Below, in pieces: positions 11,606 through 23,459 of a DNA stretch of 64,000 nucleotides. Each line of letters starts with the position of its first letter. Position 1 is the stretch's first letter. Source of the DNA: Minutocellus sp. GHC0000111 (Eukaryota); the NCBI GenBank assembly GCA_977018835.1, contig OZ361259.1, positions 3,100,001-3,164,000 of the forward strand, read 5' to 3'. The notes beneath the pieces were generated by a model. The model made no database searches and was not told the origin of the DNA. It saw only the letters and a program-made list of their open reading frames with translations. A program made the position numbers and the translations under genes.

Positions 11606-13869
11606 ATGTCCTTCCCAACCTCGTCGTCCGCCGACGAGGAAGAGGGCCTTGCCAACCCTTCCGTGCCGGCGGCGCCCATTCTTACTCGAAGGGAGTCGGC
11701 CATGAAGAGTCTTCGTCGAGCGTCGGCGAGGGCATCCATGCTCTTCGCACGGAATGGCCCCGAGCATGACTGGTTCATTCGGAAGCGTACCAAGCGGGGA
11801 CGGTCCCAGGATCCCGACGCCCTCGAGGGGTATCACCAGCTGCTGACCGATCGGAGGGTCTTTTTCATGTCGATACACGCCATACGCCTTGCGGTGTTCG
11901 CGGATACGCTCAGCAGCATGATCACATGGCCCAACTATGCCCTAATGGCACTGCCGGGCTCACACCCAGATTCCTTTCCCAGTACCGCACCATTTGACTT
12001 TTCTGCGGCGACGTACTTCATTCCACTGACTGGATTGTTGGGTATGGCAATAGCAGGTGTCTTTGCGGGGAAAATATCTGACAAGATTGGCAGAAAGCCC
12101 GTTGTGCTCTTTTGCTTAGCAGGTTCAATGTTTGGCGGCGCTCTCAAATGGTTCCTCCGCCATGGCTTTTGGCCTTTTTGTATCGCGAATCTTGTGAATG
12201 GACTGCTTTCTGGTACTTTGCCCGTTGCGCTGGCATATTCATCCGACTTGTTCTCGTCCGAACGAGAAAAATCCAAGAACTTTACCGCCATTGTTGGGCT
12301 GTACGTTGTGGGACAGAGCACTGGAGGCATATTTGCAATCTTGATGCAAAATCATGGGCTGTTTGCACCACTTTGGGCAGGTGTGGCAATTCTCGCTGTT
12401 GCGCTTCTATTCAACATACGTTATCTGATTGAGCCTGGCCGAATCAAGATCCCCGGGACAATTGGCGATGAAGAAAATTACAACGACGCAGAGCGACCGG
12501 ATAAGATCGACAGGAATACAATGGCAAATATACTTATTGGTGCTTTCACAGACATTGCTGGATCCAAGGCTCTCTTCCCTTTGTGTATGACGCCATTGGG
12601 CTTTCAGACCTACTACAATGATTTCGTCCAGGTCGACGAGGCGCCAATCATGTCATTGAGTTTGTACAAATGGCTAACGGTCTTGATCGGCTTGATTGTA
12701 GTCCCATCATCCATCTTTGCCCCCAAGGTCTTCGCTAGATTTGGTTTGGCGGCTGGTAATGTCTTTGGTAATTTTTCAACCGGAGTCATCACTGTTGCGT
12801 TGCTTTTCATTGGCAACGTCGAACCGCCAACAAGAGGGACGTTTGCTGCGTTCGTTTGTACGTTGTACATTGGTTTCCCTTTCACTGTCCTTTCGCAGCT
12901 TGCGACATCCCCCATGTTAGATCGACTTTCTCCGGAAGATAAACGAGGGGTGGTCATGGGGAGCTTCACGACCGTCTTGAATTGTGCAAATGCGGTCGTA
13001 CCTTGGCTCTTGGGCTTGGCAACTGATGCTCTTGGGACAACGAATGGTATATGGATTGGGGTCGGTCTTAGTGGGGCGGCGACCTTAATCAACCTTCCTC
13101 TCATATTCAGAAAGGAGTTCAAGCCAACGCCAAGGAAGAAGGAAAAGGTAGGATTCGATGACTTGGCATTGACGCCTGAGGAAGAAGAGAAATATATCCA
13201 AAAGGCTTTGATGGGCGAATATATTCCTGCTCGTGTGATTCAAGTTATCAATATGAAACGCCTCGAAAGAGGAGAGAAGTACATTATTAATCATGTCGGC
13301 ACTTATGAAAAAGACAAAGATAGACTGAATGAGATTGTCCGAGACGGAAAGAAGGATATAAAAGTCATGGATCACAATGTTCGAAACATATTGAAAAGGG
13401 TCAACGACGGATCATTCGACAAGAAGCTCATTTACGCATTGAATAATCCATTCCCTGAAGAAATGCAAAACCTCCACCATGATATTGGCGAATGGTTTGG
13501 AGACTACATGAAAGACAACGGGTACATTGGCGCAAACCCCGTTCAAAGTCTGAAGCTCATGATTATTCGATCGGTGCGTCATTATGCCGTGTGGTGATAT
13601 ATAAATACTCAACAGTGTTATTTTCATAAACATCCTTCCGGCCTTCTGCCTCACCTTTCCCCCACTTATTTTCTCTTTTTCCCATAACACCACAGTTTCC
13701 ACCAATCAACACCTCCGGTGAAATCAACCCCGGAAACATTGAAGAAACACTGTTGAATCTTGATCGGGTGTACAATCGGTACCTTTATGAGGAAAGCCTT
13801 CACGAAGAGCGATCAGGGCTGCGCAATTTGTTCAGGCGACCGCCACGGCGTATGGCCCCAGTTGGATAA
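11606..13869 (+). CDS. Major facilitator superfamily transporter (intron 13574-13695)
   Basis: MFS motif A GKISDKIGRKPV, about 12 hydrophobic segments, second-half motif SPEDKRGVVMG. The GTGCGT...CACAG intron extends the frame (IIRS|FPPINT) to TAA at 13867-13869. Confidence 0.88.
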
Positions 13870-14064
13870 TGAAGACACGTAGCTATGAAGCTTGCAGGTC
13901 ACCATTGCCGGCAGCAACAAACACCCCATGGTAGCTAAGAATAGAACGAGTTTTTATGCTATTAACACCAATTTTACATACTAGTACAATAAATTACATC
14001 AAAGGACTCCTGGGCACCAACCCTCCACAGTGCCCTTTTCTACCTAATACACATACCGTACTCA

Positions 14065-17000
14065 TTATGACGGGCTCGTTGCGCCCATGGCTCGTTTCAT
14101 CGAAAAGAAAAGGTTGTCATTGGAGCTAACTCGCTTCGCTCGATTCTTACTCTCGATGCGCCGGCTGAACTCTCTCATCAACGTCGCGTGGACATTCTTG
14201 TCGATAATTTGCCTCTCTTCCGCCCATTCTAGTAGACTGCCAACTTCCGTCTCAACTCCCCCGCCTTCGGGAGCAGCCCTGTGCAGCATGAGTGCAGGTT
14301 CCTTCTTTCGGTGAATACGGATTGTTCCACTGTTTTGCTTCCATGGCTCTCCATCGATCTGAACAGGAACCCGTTTCTTTAAACGTATCTCCACCTCGCT
14401 GCACTGGCAGATGAGCTGAGCTCTGCTCAACCCCACTTTTACCTGACCCATGTGAAATATGGATTTTATCGAAACGACATCTAGCAAACCATCTTGACAG
14501 CTACTCGGTAGGTCACACGCAGTGACTTTCGCGAGTTTTTCTTCGTAGTCCAATTCTCCGGCGAAATCCTCTGAATCAAAATCATCAGATGGCGAAGATC
14601 GCTGCCTATCGAGCAGATCACCATCGCTATGCCTTCGACCGCGAATTCTTTGCGGACGCTCTCCATGAGACCACAGTGGAACACCACCGGCGTAAGAATC
14701 AATGTTCAGTAGGATGATGCCCTGTGAACCGGGAGGCACCGGCACTTCTACCCCGTCTGCGATGAGTATAATCTCATCCGGAAGTCCAGCACAGCTGGCT
14801 TTGATAGCGTCCTCGGCACCTGAGACCACGTACCAAGCTTTGTTTACGGCACGAGAGAAAAAGAGACCAGGGCGATTTTCTCGTAGCTGATGGAATCCAA
14901 GTGCTGTTTGTGCGTCTACACCGACCCCCAAATAATTCATAAAGCTCTTTGTGTCCCGAGTTTTCCCCTTTTTACTTTCGATGGTAAGTTCCCATCGATC
15001 TAGCAGGCTCACATAAGCCTCCGTTATTTGCTCGAGGATTGCAAGAATGGACTCGTTGTTGTAGCCCGCCCCCCAGCCATGTATTCTTGCCAAGTCATTT
15101 CCCGTGCCCAAAGGAAGGATCGCAATCGGCGGCCATCGACGTTCGAGCTTCATATTTTCTAGTGCGGATATGATCCAACTGACAGTCCCATCACCGCCAC
15201 AAACAAGAATTCGAAGTCTTGACAGGACCATGAACGAGCGGAGTACCGTGGTGGGATCACCATCGGCAAGATCCCAAATCTGGATTGGATTTAGCAGACG
15301 ACGAAGCTGCATTAGAATTAGCTGCCCTTGCTGGGGACCGGAACGGCTGTTGACAAATACTAGAAGCGGGGTCCACTGTGAGTCTGGCAAAAGGTCATCC
15401 CCAAGGATGTATCCATTTTTGTCTGGTACTGTGAGCGGGACATCTCGATTGAGTCGCTTAAGAGATGCATTGGATACAGGTGCGTCGAAGAAGGCCAGGT
15501 CGTGCTGTGAAGACGACGATTCCGCCAAAGCTGCTGGATGAGAATCCGAATCATCGCGACTTTTCAGAGGTATCTCCGATGACACAGAAGCATCGGAAGC
15601 GACGTTGGATAGTACCGGCGTTGATCTTGACTGGAGCAGGGGACGGGGAGAAAGGTCGGGCATGACCCGACTGGAATGTAGATGCAACGTCGCATGATTG
15701 CTCAAATGGCTACCGCCTTCACTACCTGGCGCGGCTAGGACAAATTTGCTTTTACTTGTGGACTTTGAAGTTTGTCGCGTTGCTGGCTGATTCGTCTGTG
15801 CGCCAAAATTGCCATTTTGGGCTGCCAGGTCAGCACCTTGTACGGTCTCCAACCGTTCTACGGGCGTACGCGATGCCAAGTCATTAGGAGTGGACCATGT
15901 CTCCGAGACACCATGGTGAGATATAATAGGTGTCAGCGTTGGTTCTCCCCCATCTCCTTGATCACGATTATCGGGCTCCAATCGCTCGGCATTCGTATTG
16001 TAAACCAGCCGATCGGCTGTCGATTCTTTCTTTTCTTCGTCGAGAATGTGGGCGTTTGGGTCGACAGAGTAAAAGCGATCACGAATAGCAGGCACCAATC
16101 CCGCTGCCATCTGCCGAAGCAAAGACGATGAATTCACACGCTTCAGGCTGCCGAGAGTGTCATTCTCTTCGCCACCCGTATGTCCTTCGTCTTCCTCATC
16201 ATCATCTTCTTCCTCCTCGTCATCAGACGTTGGTCGGCCAAGCACCTTATCTCTCTTGTAGCGAATGAAGTCCAACAGCCGCAAGTAGGCAGCAGTAAGG
16301 ACTGCAGCGTAGTCGCATGTTGCAAGAAAGATCGCCATATCTTTGGATTTGCGAAGGAGGACCACCAACAAGTGAAGGAACCAAAGCCACCACGACATCG
16401 CCGCTGTTTCTTCGCCTTCCATGCCCTCCTCGTCAGCCAGAGTGGTGTGTCCAACGAATCGGCATTCTGGAGGCAAGACTAGTCGGCCATATGCCGAGCT
16501 CTGGATCCGGGGCCAGGCACGCGTAAAGCGATCGTGATCGGTCTCTTCCTCTTGTTCGGGCTGCGTCGATTCCGGCAAGAACAAACCCGTGCACAAGGAT
16601 GCGGCCATAGCGGTTGCATTCGTGGGAGATCGTCGAGGCGGAGATGCCATGGAATACGCATGCCGCAATCTTGGACTACCGGGCCTGCTGGTATTGTGAC
16701 GATATGGCGAAGGAGACTCCATTTCGTTGCGCTCATAAATGGGTGAGGGCATTGCGGCTGTAGCGTTGGCATATCGACTTCTTCGTCGGGTAGAAATGTC
16801 CGGCGTCGCTGGAAGCATCTTGTCCCTCGATACGCCGGTGGCTGATGGTGTTGGAGCGTCATTAGACGGAAGAGTGTGAGCAGCATCCGTGGCGGTAGTG
16901 GTGGCAACCGTCGTTCGTGTCAAGTGCACTGTCCCCCCTGCACCGACACCACTATTAGTTCCGTCACCACTTGCTCCTACCATTACTTTGTTTTGTGTGC

Positions 17001-17589
17001 CCCCAAAAGTCTCACCGGAGGAATCTTTCCCGGCTTCGGCTTCTAACCGCTTCTCTTCGGATAGGTAGGACCAGGTTGGCCGTCGAAGCTTCCCACCCAA
17101 GAAGCTCGATCTGCCAGCACCACGCGCATCAGCACCCGCACCGCTGACCTTGTCGTCCTTGCCACTGCTACCACCACCTACAAGGCCACCGATGCTCCCC
17201 TTACGCCTGCCGCCCTTCTTTGTTCGCTTCTTCGGAGCCGCTTCGATGTAGAATCCATCCTCGCTCTCATCGATGGCCCGTCCCGACACCTTGGCGTACA
17301 GTTTCCGCAGTCGCTTTCGTATCCGCTTGAAAACCCACCGCGGTGGTCCCAGTATTTTCAACACCTTCCGCCGTGCCTCCGGCGTGGTCAGAATGGCATA
17401 CGATACCACCAGTACGAGCAGAGTGATGACGGACCGTTGCAGATTGGACCGCGTCAAATGAGGCGACAGGCTGCCGTGCAGTCGAGAAAGGAACGTGATC
17501 GGTGCCTTGGGCGGTTCCGGCAGGAGAAGTTGGTGCATCTTTCGGTACATGGCGGATGCGATTCTATCGTGTTCACCGCTGCCGCTCAT
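14065..17589 (-). CDS. Diacylglycerol kinase with long N-terminal membrane-anchored extension
   Basis: PLLVFVNSRSG, RILVCGGDGTVSW, PLGTGNDLAR, FMNYLGVGVDA, LNIDSYAGG, PVQIDGEPW; 1174-aa intact ORF. Confidence 0.93.
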   Translation of the reverse strand: MSGSGEHDRIASAMYRKMHQLLLPEPPKAPITFLSRLHGSLSPHLTRSNLQRSVITLLVLVVSYAILTTPEARRKVLKILGPPRWVFKRIRKRLRKLYAKVSGRAIDESEDGFYIEAAPKKRTKKGGRRKGSIGGLVGGGSSGKDDKVSGAGADARGAGRSSFLGGKLRRPTWSYLSEEKRLEAEAGKDSSGETFGGTQNKVMVGASGDGTNSGVGAGGTVHLTRTTVATTTATDAAHTLPSNDAPTPSATGVSRDKMLPATPDISTRRRSRYANATAAMPSPIYERNEMESPSPYRHNTSRPGSPRLRHAYSMASPPRRSPTNATAMAASLCTGLFLPESTQPEQEEETDHDRFTRAWPRIQSSAYGRLVLPPECRFVGHTTLADEEGMEGEETAAMSWWLWFLHLLVVLLRKSKDMAIFLATCDYAAVLTAAYLRLLDFIRYKRDKVLGRPTSDDEEEEDDDEEDEGHTGGEENDTLGSLKRVNSSSLLRQMAAGLVPAIRDRFYSVDPNAHILDEEKKESTADRLVYNTNAERLEPDNRDQGDGGEPTLTPIISHHGVSETWSTPNDLASRTPVERLETVQGADLAAQNGNFGAQTNQPATRQTSKSTSKSKFVLAAPGSEGGSHLSNHATLHLHSSRVMPDLSPRPLLQSRSTPVLSNVASDASVSSEIPLKSRDDSDSHPAALAESSSSQHDLAFFDAPVSNASLKRLNRDVPLTVPDKNGYILGDDLLPDSQWTPLLVFVNSRSGPQQGQLILMQLRRLLNPIQIWDLADGDPTTVLRSFMVLSRLRILVCGGDGTVSWIISALENMKLERRWPPIAILPLGTGNDLARIHGWGAGYNNESILAILEQITEAYVSLLDRWELTIESKKGKTRDTKSFMNYLGVGVDAQTALGFHQLRENRPGLFFSRAVNKAWYVVSGAEDAIKASCAGLPDEIILIADGVEVPVPPGSQGIILLNIDSYAGGVPLWSHGERPQRIRGRRHSDGDLLDRQRSSPSDDFDSEDFAGELDYEEKLAKVTACDLPSSCQDGLLDVVSIKSIFHMGQVKVGLSRAQLICQCSEVEIRLKKRVPVQIDGEPWKQNSGTIRIHRKKEPALMLHRAAPEGGGVETEVGSLLEWAEERQIIDKNVHATLMREFSRRIESKNRAKRVSSNDNLFFSMKRAMGATSPS

Positions 17590-18068
17590 GGCTGAGCTTG
17601 GCTGTGTTGGTTTCCTTCTTCCCTGGTATCCTGGCTCGGTCCTGAAAATAAGGAATACTTTCTCGCTTCAACGTGTCACGGAAGCAGCCCAGCCCAAGCC
17701 CAGCGCTCCGTTGTAGGCCTATGTGGTATCTCTCAGCGCGCCACCCAGCGCCGAGTTCCAACTCGCCCGCTAGCTCAGGTTAGCACAGGAGGATTATAAA
17801 ACCTTGAGGAATAATTGCAGTGCGCCAATCAACGAGACAAGCAGCGCCGGGAAGCAAAGAGGATGCCTGGCATGGTTGACCGTTGAAGTTGTGTTCTTGC
17901 ATTTGGCTGTTCTCTTGGATGAGCGAGCGCCGGCGGCGCCGCGTGTACGTATTCTGGCCCTCGTACGTAACACTTTGCGCCGAGCAATACAAGCCATCTT
18001 CAACCACAAGCAGATGTGCCGGATACCGATACAAAACTCAAAACTAAAGCAAATAAAAGCAGCAAGTC

Positions 18069-18918
18069 ATGCATCGCTCACTCCTATTCTGCCTCCTCTC
18101 GGCGACTGTATTGTCCGTCCAGGTGGGTGCGTTCGCACCGACTGGACTTGCGCCTCTTACAAGAAGCACGGCATCACCATCTTCGTCGTCATCGGCATTT
18201 TGGCCACAAACGTCACTCTTCATGTCGTCGTCCGAAAACAGCAGCACTGGTACCTCGAACCGAAGACGAAGGAAGAGAAAGGATGGTCGCAACCTCAAGG
18301 TTGAAGAAGAATCCGGCCCCGAGCAAGTCGTCGATGCAACAGCTGCTGCGGCTCCCTCGATGGCGGAACTGGCCAAGAAGAGCAGTGAGGTGGTGACCAT
18401 GGAGGTTCGCGATGTTCGGGATATCCTATCGGGCAAGCCGGCGCCTTCGGCATCGGTAGGTGAGGCTGCCGACATTGATGACGACGACGGCGATGACGAA
18501 GAACTTGCCGATGACGAGGAGTGGGAGTATTACTATGAGGACGAAGATGGGAACGAGGTCGAACCTCCGGCGGAAGGGTCTCTGGAGCAATTGCTGGCCG
18601 ATGCCAAGAAGCTGCGGGGAGACGATGAATCGGAAAAGTCTGGTGATGGGGCATTGGAGGGCGTGTCCATCCCCGGCGGCATCAAGGGTGCCATATCCAC
18701 CATTGTTACTATTGATTTCTTCTTCGTATTGGGATTGCTCGCATGGTTCTTGGCTGGCATCTTTGTACGTGGCGGCATTTGGCAACGATGCGGTACAGAT
18801 TGCCTTCAACAACAACTTTGAATTGATTGTACAACCAGCGCTTGGTGTACTGATGATCGCATCTGCTGCCGGAGCCCTCTTCAAGGAACCAGAGGAAGAC
18901 GACCGAGGCTTGAGCTAG
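18069..18918 (+). CDS. Plastid-targeted acidic membrane protein of unknown function; frameshift near 18765
   Basis: Signal peptide plus GAFAP presequence, acidic middle, TM IVTIDFFFVLGLLAWFLAGIF. Continues in another frame as YVAAFGNDAVQIAFNNNFELIVQPALGVLMIASAAGALF. Confidence 0.7.
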
Positions 18919-19088
18919 GCTCGGGATTAGTTAGTTTACTGATTACGAGATATTAATTCTCTCATTCGGCATTAGTACAATTCTAGGAAAAGTTTGATTT
19001 GCCTGTCAGCGATCTTTGGACTGGACAGAAATGAAAATCCCACGCATTCAATTAGCCTTACTTTAATTGATTTAGTTGAGCTAATACC

Positions 19089-20799
19089 TTACACACCGAT
19101 TGGCAAGAAACCAAAAGGAGTACTGAGTGCCTCTGCCTCTAGCTCAAGCTTCGTGGGAGACCGGCCAATGGCGAACTCTACCTTCTCGCCAGAAGGTAAA
19201 CCTTCCATGAGAATCTCTTCCAGCTTGACGCGCTCATTTACCTCTTTGACAATTGTCTTGCCTTTCTTACCAGCGAGAACCCGTCTGCAAAACGGCAAGA
19301 ATGAAACCTTTTCATCCACACGATGAAGCTTGTCTTCGCCGATATTGTCTTCGAAATCCGTAAGCGCGCGGGGAATGGCAACGCCCTCAATAATACATGC
19401 AGTCGCCCCCGAGCCTAGCGATAGCCGTGCCGAATTGTTTTCCATTATCCACGCTAAAGATAGACGCGTGTCGCAAATGGTCCCGTGAATAATGTGCGGA
19501 TGTTCCACACTCCCACCCTGTGGCTTCGCTTTCCCAACTCTTGTGCCACCACTTTTGATACCCAGCGCACGAGAGACATAGTCAGATGTGTTCCAAACAC
19601 TTGCAAGCTCGATATGTGAGTTTGTTGAGGGTAGATATCCTTCGATAACGATACGTCGGCACTCGTTCATTTCTAGTCTTGGAGCGTCAACGGTACGAGC
19701 TCGTATTATTGGTAGCAAAACATCTTTGTTTTCGTGATATCGATTTGACAGCGACAAATTCGATACATCACTTGGAACCAGCAGATCCTCGTAAAACTCA
19801 ACAAGTAGATTTGCCAATTGATCTTGCAGCATCCTAGAAGATGCCAATGTTGGCAAATTCAATGCCAATATTGAGAGGCGTTCGGTTGGATGAGCAAAAA
19901 TACGGCCGATATCTTTCTTCTTTGGCTCCGCCAAGTCACCAAGTTCATTGGTTTTGAATACGTGATAAATGGGCAGCTTTGCGTCAGGGTATGATTTATC
20001 AGCGTGGATTGTAGCCGGGGTGAGGCATGATGGAGCCTGAAATAGGTTACTGCTCTCTGCGCAAGCACACTGGGCACGACGCGGAGCACCCAAAGAGATT
20101 GTGCGACGAAATTGTATCCACGAAAGTTGATGCTGGACAATGTAGTATCGTACAACCACACGGGTCGTCTTTGCACAATATATTCTCATTTAGGAATCCA
20201 TTCGCATATTTCACCAATGCCTCGGAGAGGTATACACCGTGCCCAGTCAAAATGGACCGTTGTTTTGACTTCTTCTCAGCCTCCTTACCGTGATTTATTG
20301 TTTTCAGCGTTTCACACCCACCAACACAAAACAGAGGATCAATAACGATCCCGCCTTCTTTCTCTTTGGGTAATACTTTGCAGACTTCTTTTCCCTCCAG
20401 AGTGAAGGACTTGTCGTCGACAATATTGGCTAGTTTGGGGAGGAGCTCTTGACCAATTCTAGCCTCCAGATGTGACACAGATTCCTGCAGCTCCGGAATT
20501 ACTTCGCCCTGTATTCGTCGCATTTCTTTCTTGATCGCATCTTCGCTGGTGCCATCTCTATCATTGTTAGATGTTCCCGGTCTCAATCTTTTTCTATGAT
20601 CGTTGAGATTCTTCCTCGCCATGTTGAGGTCGCTTATGGCCATGCGGCGTTGGGCATCACACTGTTGGACGGCTTCGACGATGGCGGCTTCATCAGCCGA
20701 AGTTGCCGAACCCAAGCATCGCAGTTGCTGCGACCTAAGAACAAGGTGGGCGTTCCCACCCTCCTCTGGCGACCTTAAAAGAGTCAAATCGATTGGCAT
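19089..20799 (-). CDS. Seryl-tRNA synthetase-like paralog with degenerate catalytic motifs; frameshift near 20055
   Basis: N-terminus MPIDLTLLRSPEEGGNAHLVLRSQQLR plus coiled-coil arm, LANIVD, IEGYLPS..IELASVWNTSDYVSRALGIK, HIIHGTICDTRLSLAWIMENN, VAIPRAL. These parallel cytosolic SerRS. Confidence 0.72.
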
Positions 20800-21084
20800 G
20801 CCGCTACAAACGCAAGGAATCGTCGGCCAAGAGCAGGTTTGCAAGTTGAGTGAGTGGTGGCTTTGCCCAAACTAGGTTCTGTCCGTCAACCGGCCAAGGT
20901 GGCGGGTTGCGCCAAGAGCAAGCAAGCGCCAAGCCAACATAACAACGAAACATTAGAACAAGGCCAGCACCTTCGTCACAGATCGATTTTGTACCAACGA
21001 ACGGGCACAGCCGCTTTCTTCATGTCAGCGACCTGCGTTTGAGTGAAAAAAGTTAAAATTTGATCGGGACATTGATGGACTCGC

Positions 21085-22410
21085 ATGAGCCTTTCAAGCT
21101 CAGCGGACGAAGATGAAGATTCGCCAAACGCACACTCTGATTGGCCACCCAATGCTGAACAGGAATACGAGCGAGTGAAGCCGATTGGCAACGGTGCGTA
21201 TGGAAAGGTTTGGATAGCGAAGAGAAAAGGAAGTGCGCGGCAAAATAGCGTCGAAAACATACCTGGTCACGAGGATGAACTGGTAGCGATCAAAGTAATT
21301 GCAACGTCTGGCAGAAATGGTCAAGCATATGCCAATCGCGAAGTGTCAATTTTGAGGGAGATGGATCACCCCTACGTAGTCAATTTGATCAAGACGTATG
21401 ATGATGAGAGCAGAAGAAGTCGGACGGTGGTAATGTCACTTGCCCATGGTCCATCGCTTCACTCGATATTGGAAAGGGGTGGAGCATTAGGTCTTCCATT
21501 GTCGAGGCTCGTTTCGAGGCATTTGATTTCTGCTGTGTCTTATCTGCACTCTCGAGCTATATTGCACCGCGATATCAAGCCCCAGAATCTCATTCTTCAT
21601 ATGCCAGGGAAGCCAACTTGGGAGCATAAAGACATTATGTGGGGCGATGATGATGAGGCTAGCGAGGCTATGAGGGAATCGGGTTGGAAGGTAGTGCTTG
21701 TTGACCTTGGCTTTGCGAGGGCTCTTACGAAGGATGAAATTGAGACAAACCAGATTCTGGGCAATAATGACAAACCAAGAGAGTGTTTGATTGATGATCT
21801 CGGGGAAGGATGTCTGTCCCAGTCCATGACAGCACGGGTTTTGCTTCGATCAATGAGCGCTCTGGGGTCGAGAGTGTATGCAGCGCCTGAGGTGATTCGA
21901 GCACGGAAAGTAGCTGAAAGCCGTGCAACATGCCTGACAGAGTTTGCAGCAGATTATACCTTCTTATGTGACGAATATGCCTGTGGTAAGACACTCCTGG
22001 AGGTATTGAGTGGAGTGCCGGCCAATGAGAGGGATATCAATGAATACGTAAAACAAGAACGATTGGCTGCTTACTTTTCGGGCCAGAAAGACAAGAAACG
22101 CTTTCGATTACTCCATGAGATCCCGAGGAGTGCAATGAATCTTATTCGCGACCTAACAAGACCATCGGCGAATGACCGCATTACTTGTTGGGTGGCCCAG
22201 CTGTATCCTTGGATATGTGGCGAGAAGGTTGAAGATGATACGTTTGAAGTTCCGATAGTTGAAAGCGTTTCCTACCGTCCTGGAGATGGTATTTTCCCCT
22301 TGGGCTGTGAATTTGTCCGCACCGGTGCACAAACGAACAGGGGAGCAGTGGAAAACGAAATCACTGTTTGGAATGAAGTAGATGAGACAATAAAGATACA
22401 AGTAGTTTGA
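21085..22410 (+). CDS. Serine/threonine protein kinase
   Basis: IGNGAYGKV, VAIK, HRDIKPQN, DLG (DFG variant), YAAPE. Confidence 0.93.
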   Translation: MSLSSSADEDEDSPNAHSDWPPNAEQEYERVKPIGNGAYGKVWIAKRKGSARQNSVENIPGHEDELVAIKVIATSGRNGQAYANREVSILREMDHPYVVNLIKTYDDESRRSRTVVMSLAHGPSLHSILERGGALGLPLSRLVSRHLISAVSYLHSRAILHRDIKPQNLILHMPGKPTWEHKDIMWGDDDEASEAMRESGWKVVLVDLGFARALTKDEIETNQILGNNDKPRECLIDDLGEGCLSQSMTARVLLRSMSALGSRVYAAPEVIRARKVAESRATCLTEFAADYTFLCDEYACGKTLLEVLSGVPANERDINEYVKQERLAAYFSGQKDKKRFRLLHEIPRSAMNLIRDLTRPSANDRITCWVAQLYPWICGEKVEDDTFEVPIVESVSYRPGDGIFPLGCEFVRTGAQTNRGAVENEITVWNEVDETIKIQVV

Positions 22411-22653
22411 CTAGAAGTAGACCAACTGTGGCCTAGCTGGAAGTAGACAATACGCACGCACACAACAGAATATGCTATCTCTATCTCGCACATAACATCT
22501 CTACATGCTCTCAAATTATTCATGTAAAGCGATTCTATTGTTACAATTATTTATTTACAAAGGCAAACATATAGTACCTCTTGTAGAGAGGAGAGGGGGA
22601 GGGCAGATGTGGCGAAGACATCCACCGAAACTTCGTCAGAACCACCACGTTTC

Positions 22654-23133
22654 TTACGCCTCAAGCACAGGGCTTTCGAGGCTACTTTGCTTCTCACCCT
22701 CTTGCTGCATCTTGCCACCAGCCCAAACACCTGTAACGAGTGCGCCGGCCGCACCGGCGGCCATGATCACAGGCGCAGTGGCACCGGAAGTGTTGACGAT
22801 GATCCGAGAACCGACGTCAGCGACTCCATAGAGGGCGGCGGCGGCCGCACCAATCTTTGGGACGGTCATGGGCGCTCGGTGCTGATGAGAGGTGCTGATC
22901 AGGTCGACGATGGGGGTCAGCTCCTGTTCGTCGAGATCAAGTCGGGAAGATTCGCTGTCCACAGCGGGTGCCTGTTGCTGCTGCATGCCCCCTCCTCGGC
23001 TTGGTCGTCGAGCGCCCCAAAAAGCGTTCTGGTTTCTGACACCTTTGGCGCGTCCGCCAAAGGGAAGGGCAGAGGTCGACGCGACCAGGCAAAGGGCTGT
23101 TGCCAGGATGAAGGAGAGGGAGAGCTTGGTCAT
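22654..23133 (-). CDS. Small secretory-pathway protein of unknown function
   Basis: Signal peptide MTKLSLSFILATALCLVASTSA, RGG motif, hydrophobic Gly/Ala-rich C-terminal segments. Confidence 0.55.
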   Translation of the reverse strand: MTKLSLSFILATALCLVASTSALPFGGRAKGVRNQNAFWGARRPSRGGGMQQQQAPAVDSESSRLDLDEQELTPIVDLISTSHQHRAPMTVPKIGAAAAALYGVADVGSRIIVNTSGATAPVIMAAGAAGALVTGVWAGGKMQQEGEKQSSLESPVLEA

Positions 23134-23416
23134 CTTTTCAATGAATGTGTTGTGTTTTCGGCTCGAAGAAGTATGGCAGTCTACATGTACAGAAAACAGC
23201 TGAATATGGCGAGGATGACGGCGAACTTCCGCTGACGAAGTGAACCTTGCTCGAATCTAAGAAATCTCGTGGCTGCGACATTTTGCCGCTGTCAAGAAGG
23301 GCTTCTATGGGGGTTTCGGGTAGGAAGATTCAAACGAGGCCGGCAGGCTCGCACTCTGGTCGAGAAAGGTTCTGCGGAATGGAACAATGGCCAGCTACCC
23401 TAGACTAGGCTAGCTA

Positions 23417-23459
23417 CGAGGTCGCAGACAGCAGTTTCAGGGACCCGGTTTTCGGGTCT
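23417..23459 (+). repeat. Left terminal inverted repeat
   Basis: Reverse complement matches 28281-28324 with a few mismatches and a 1-nt indel. Confidence 0.9.
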
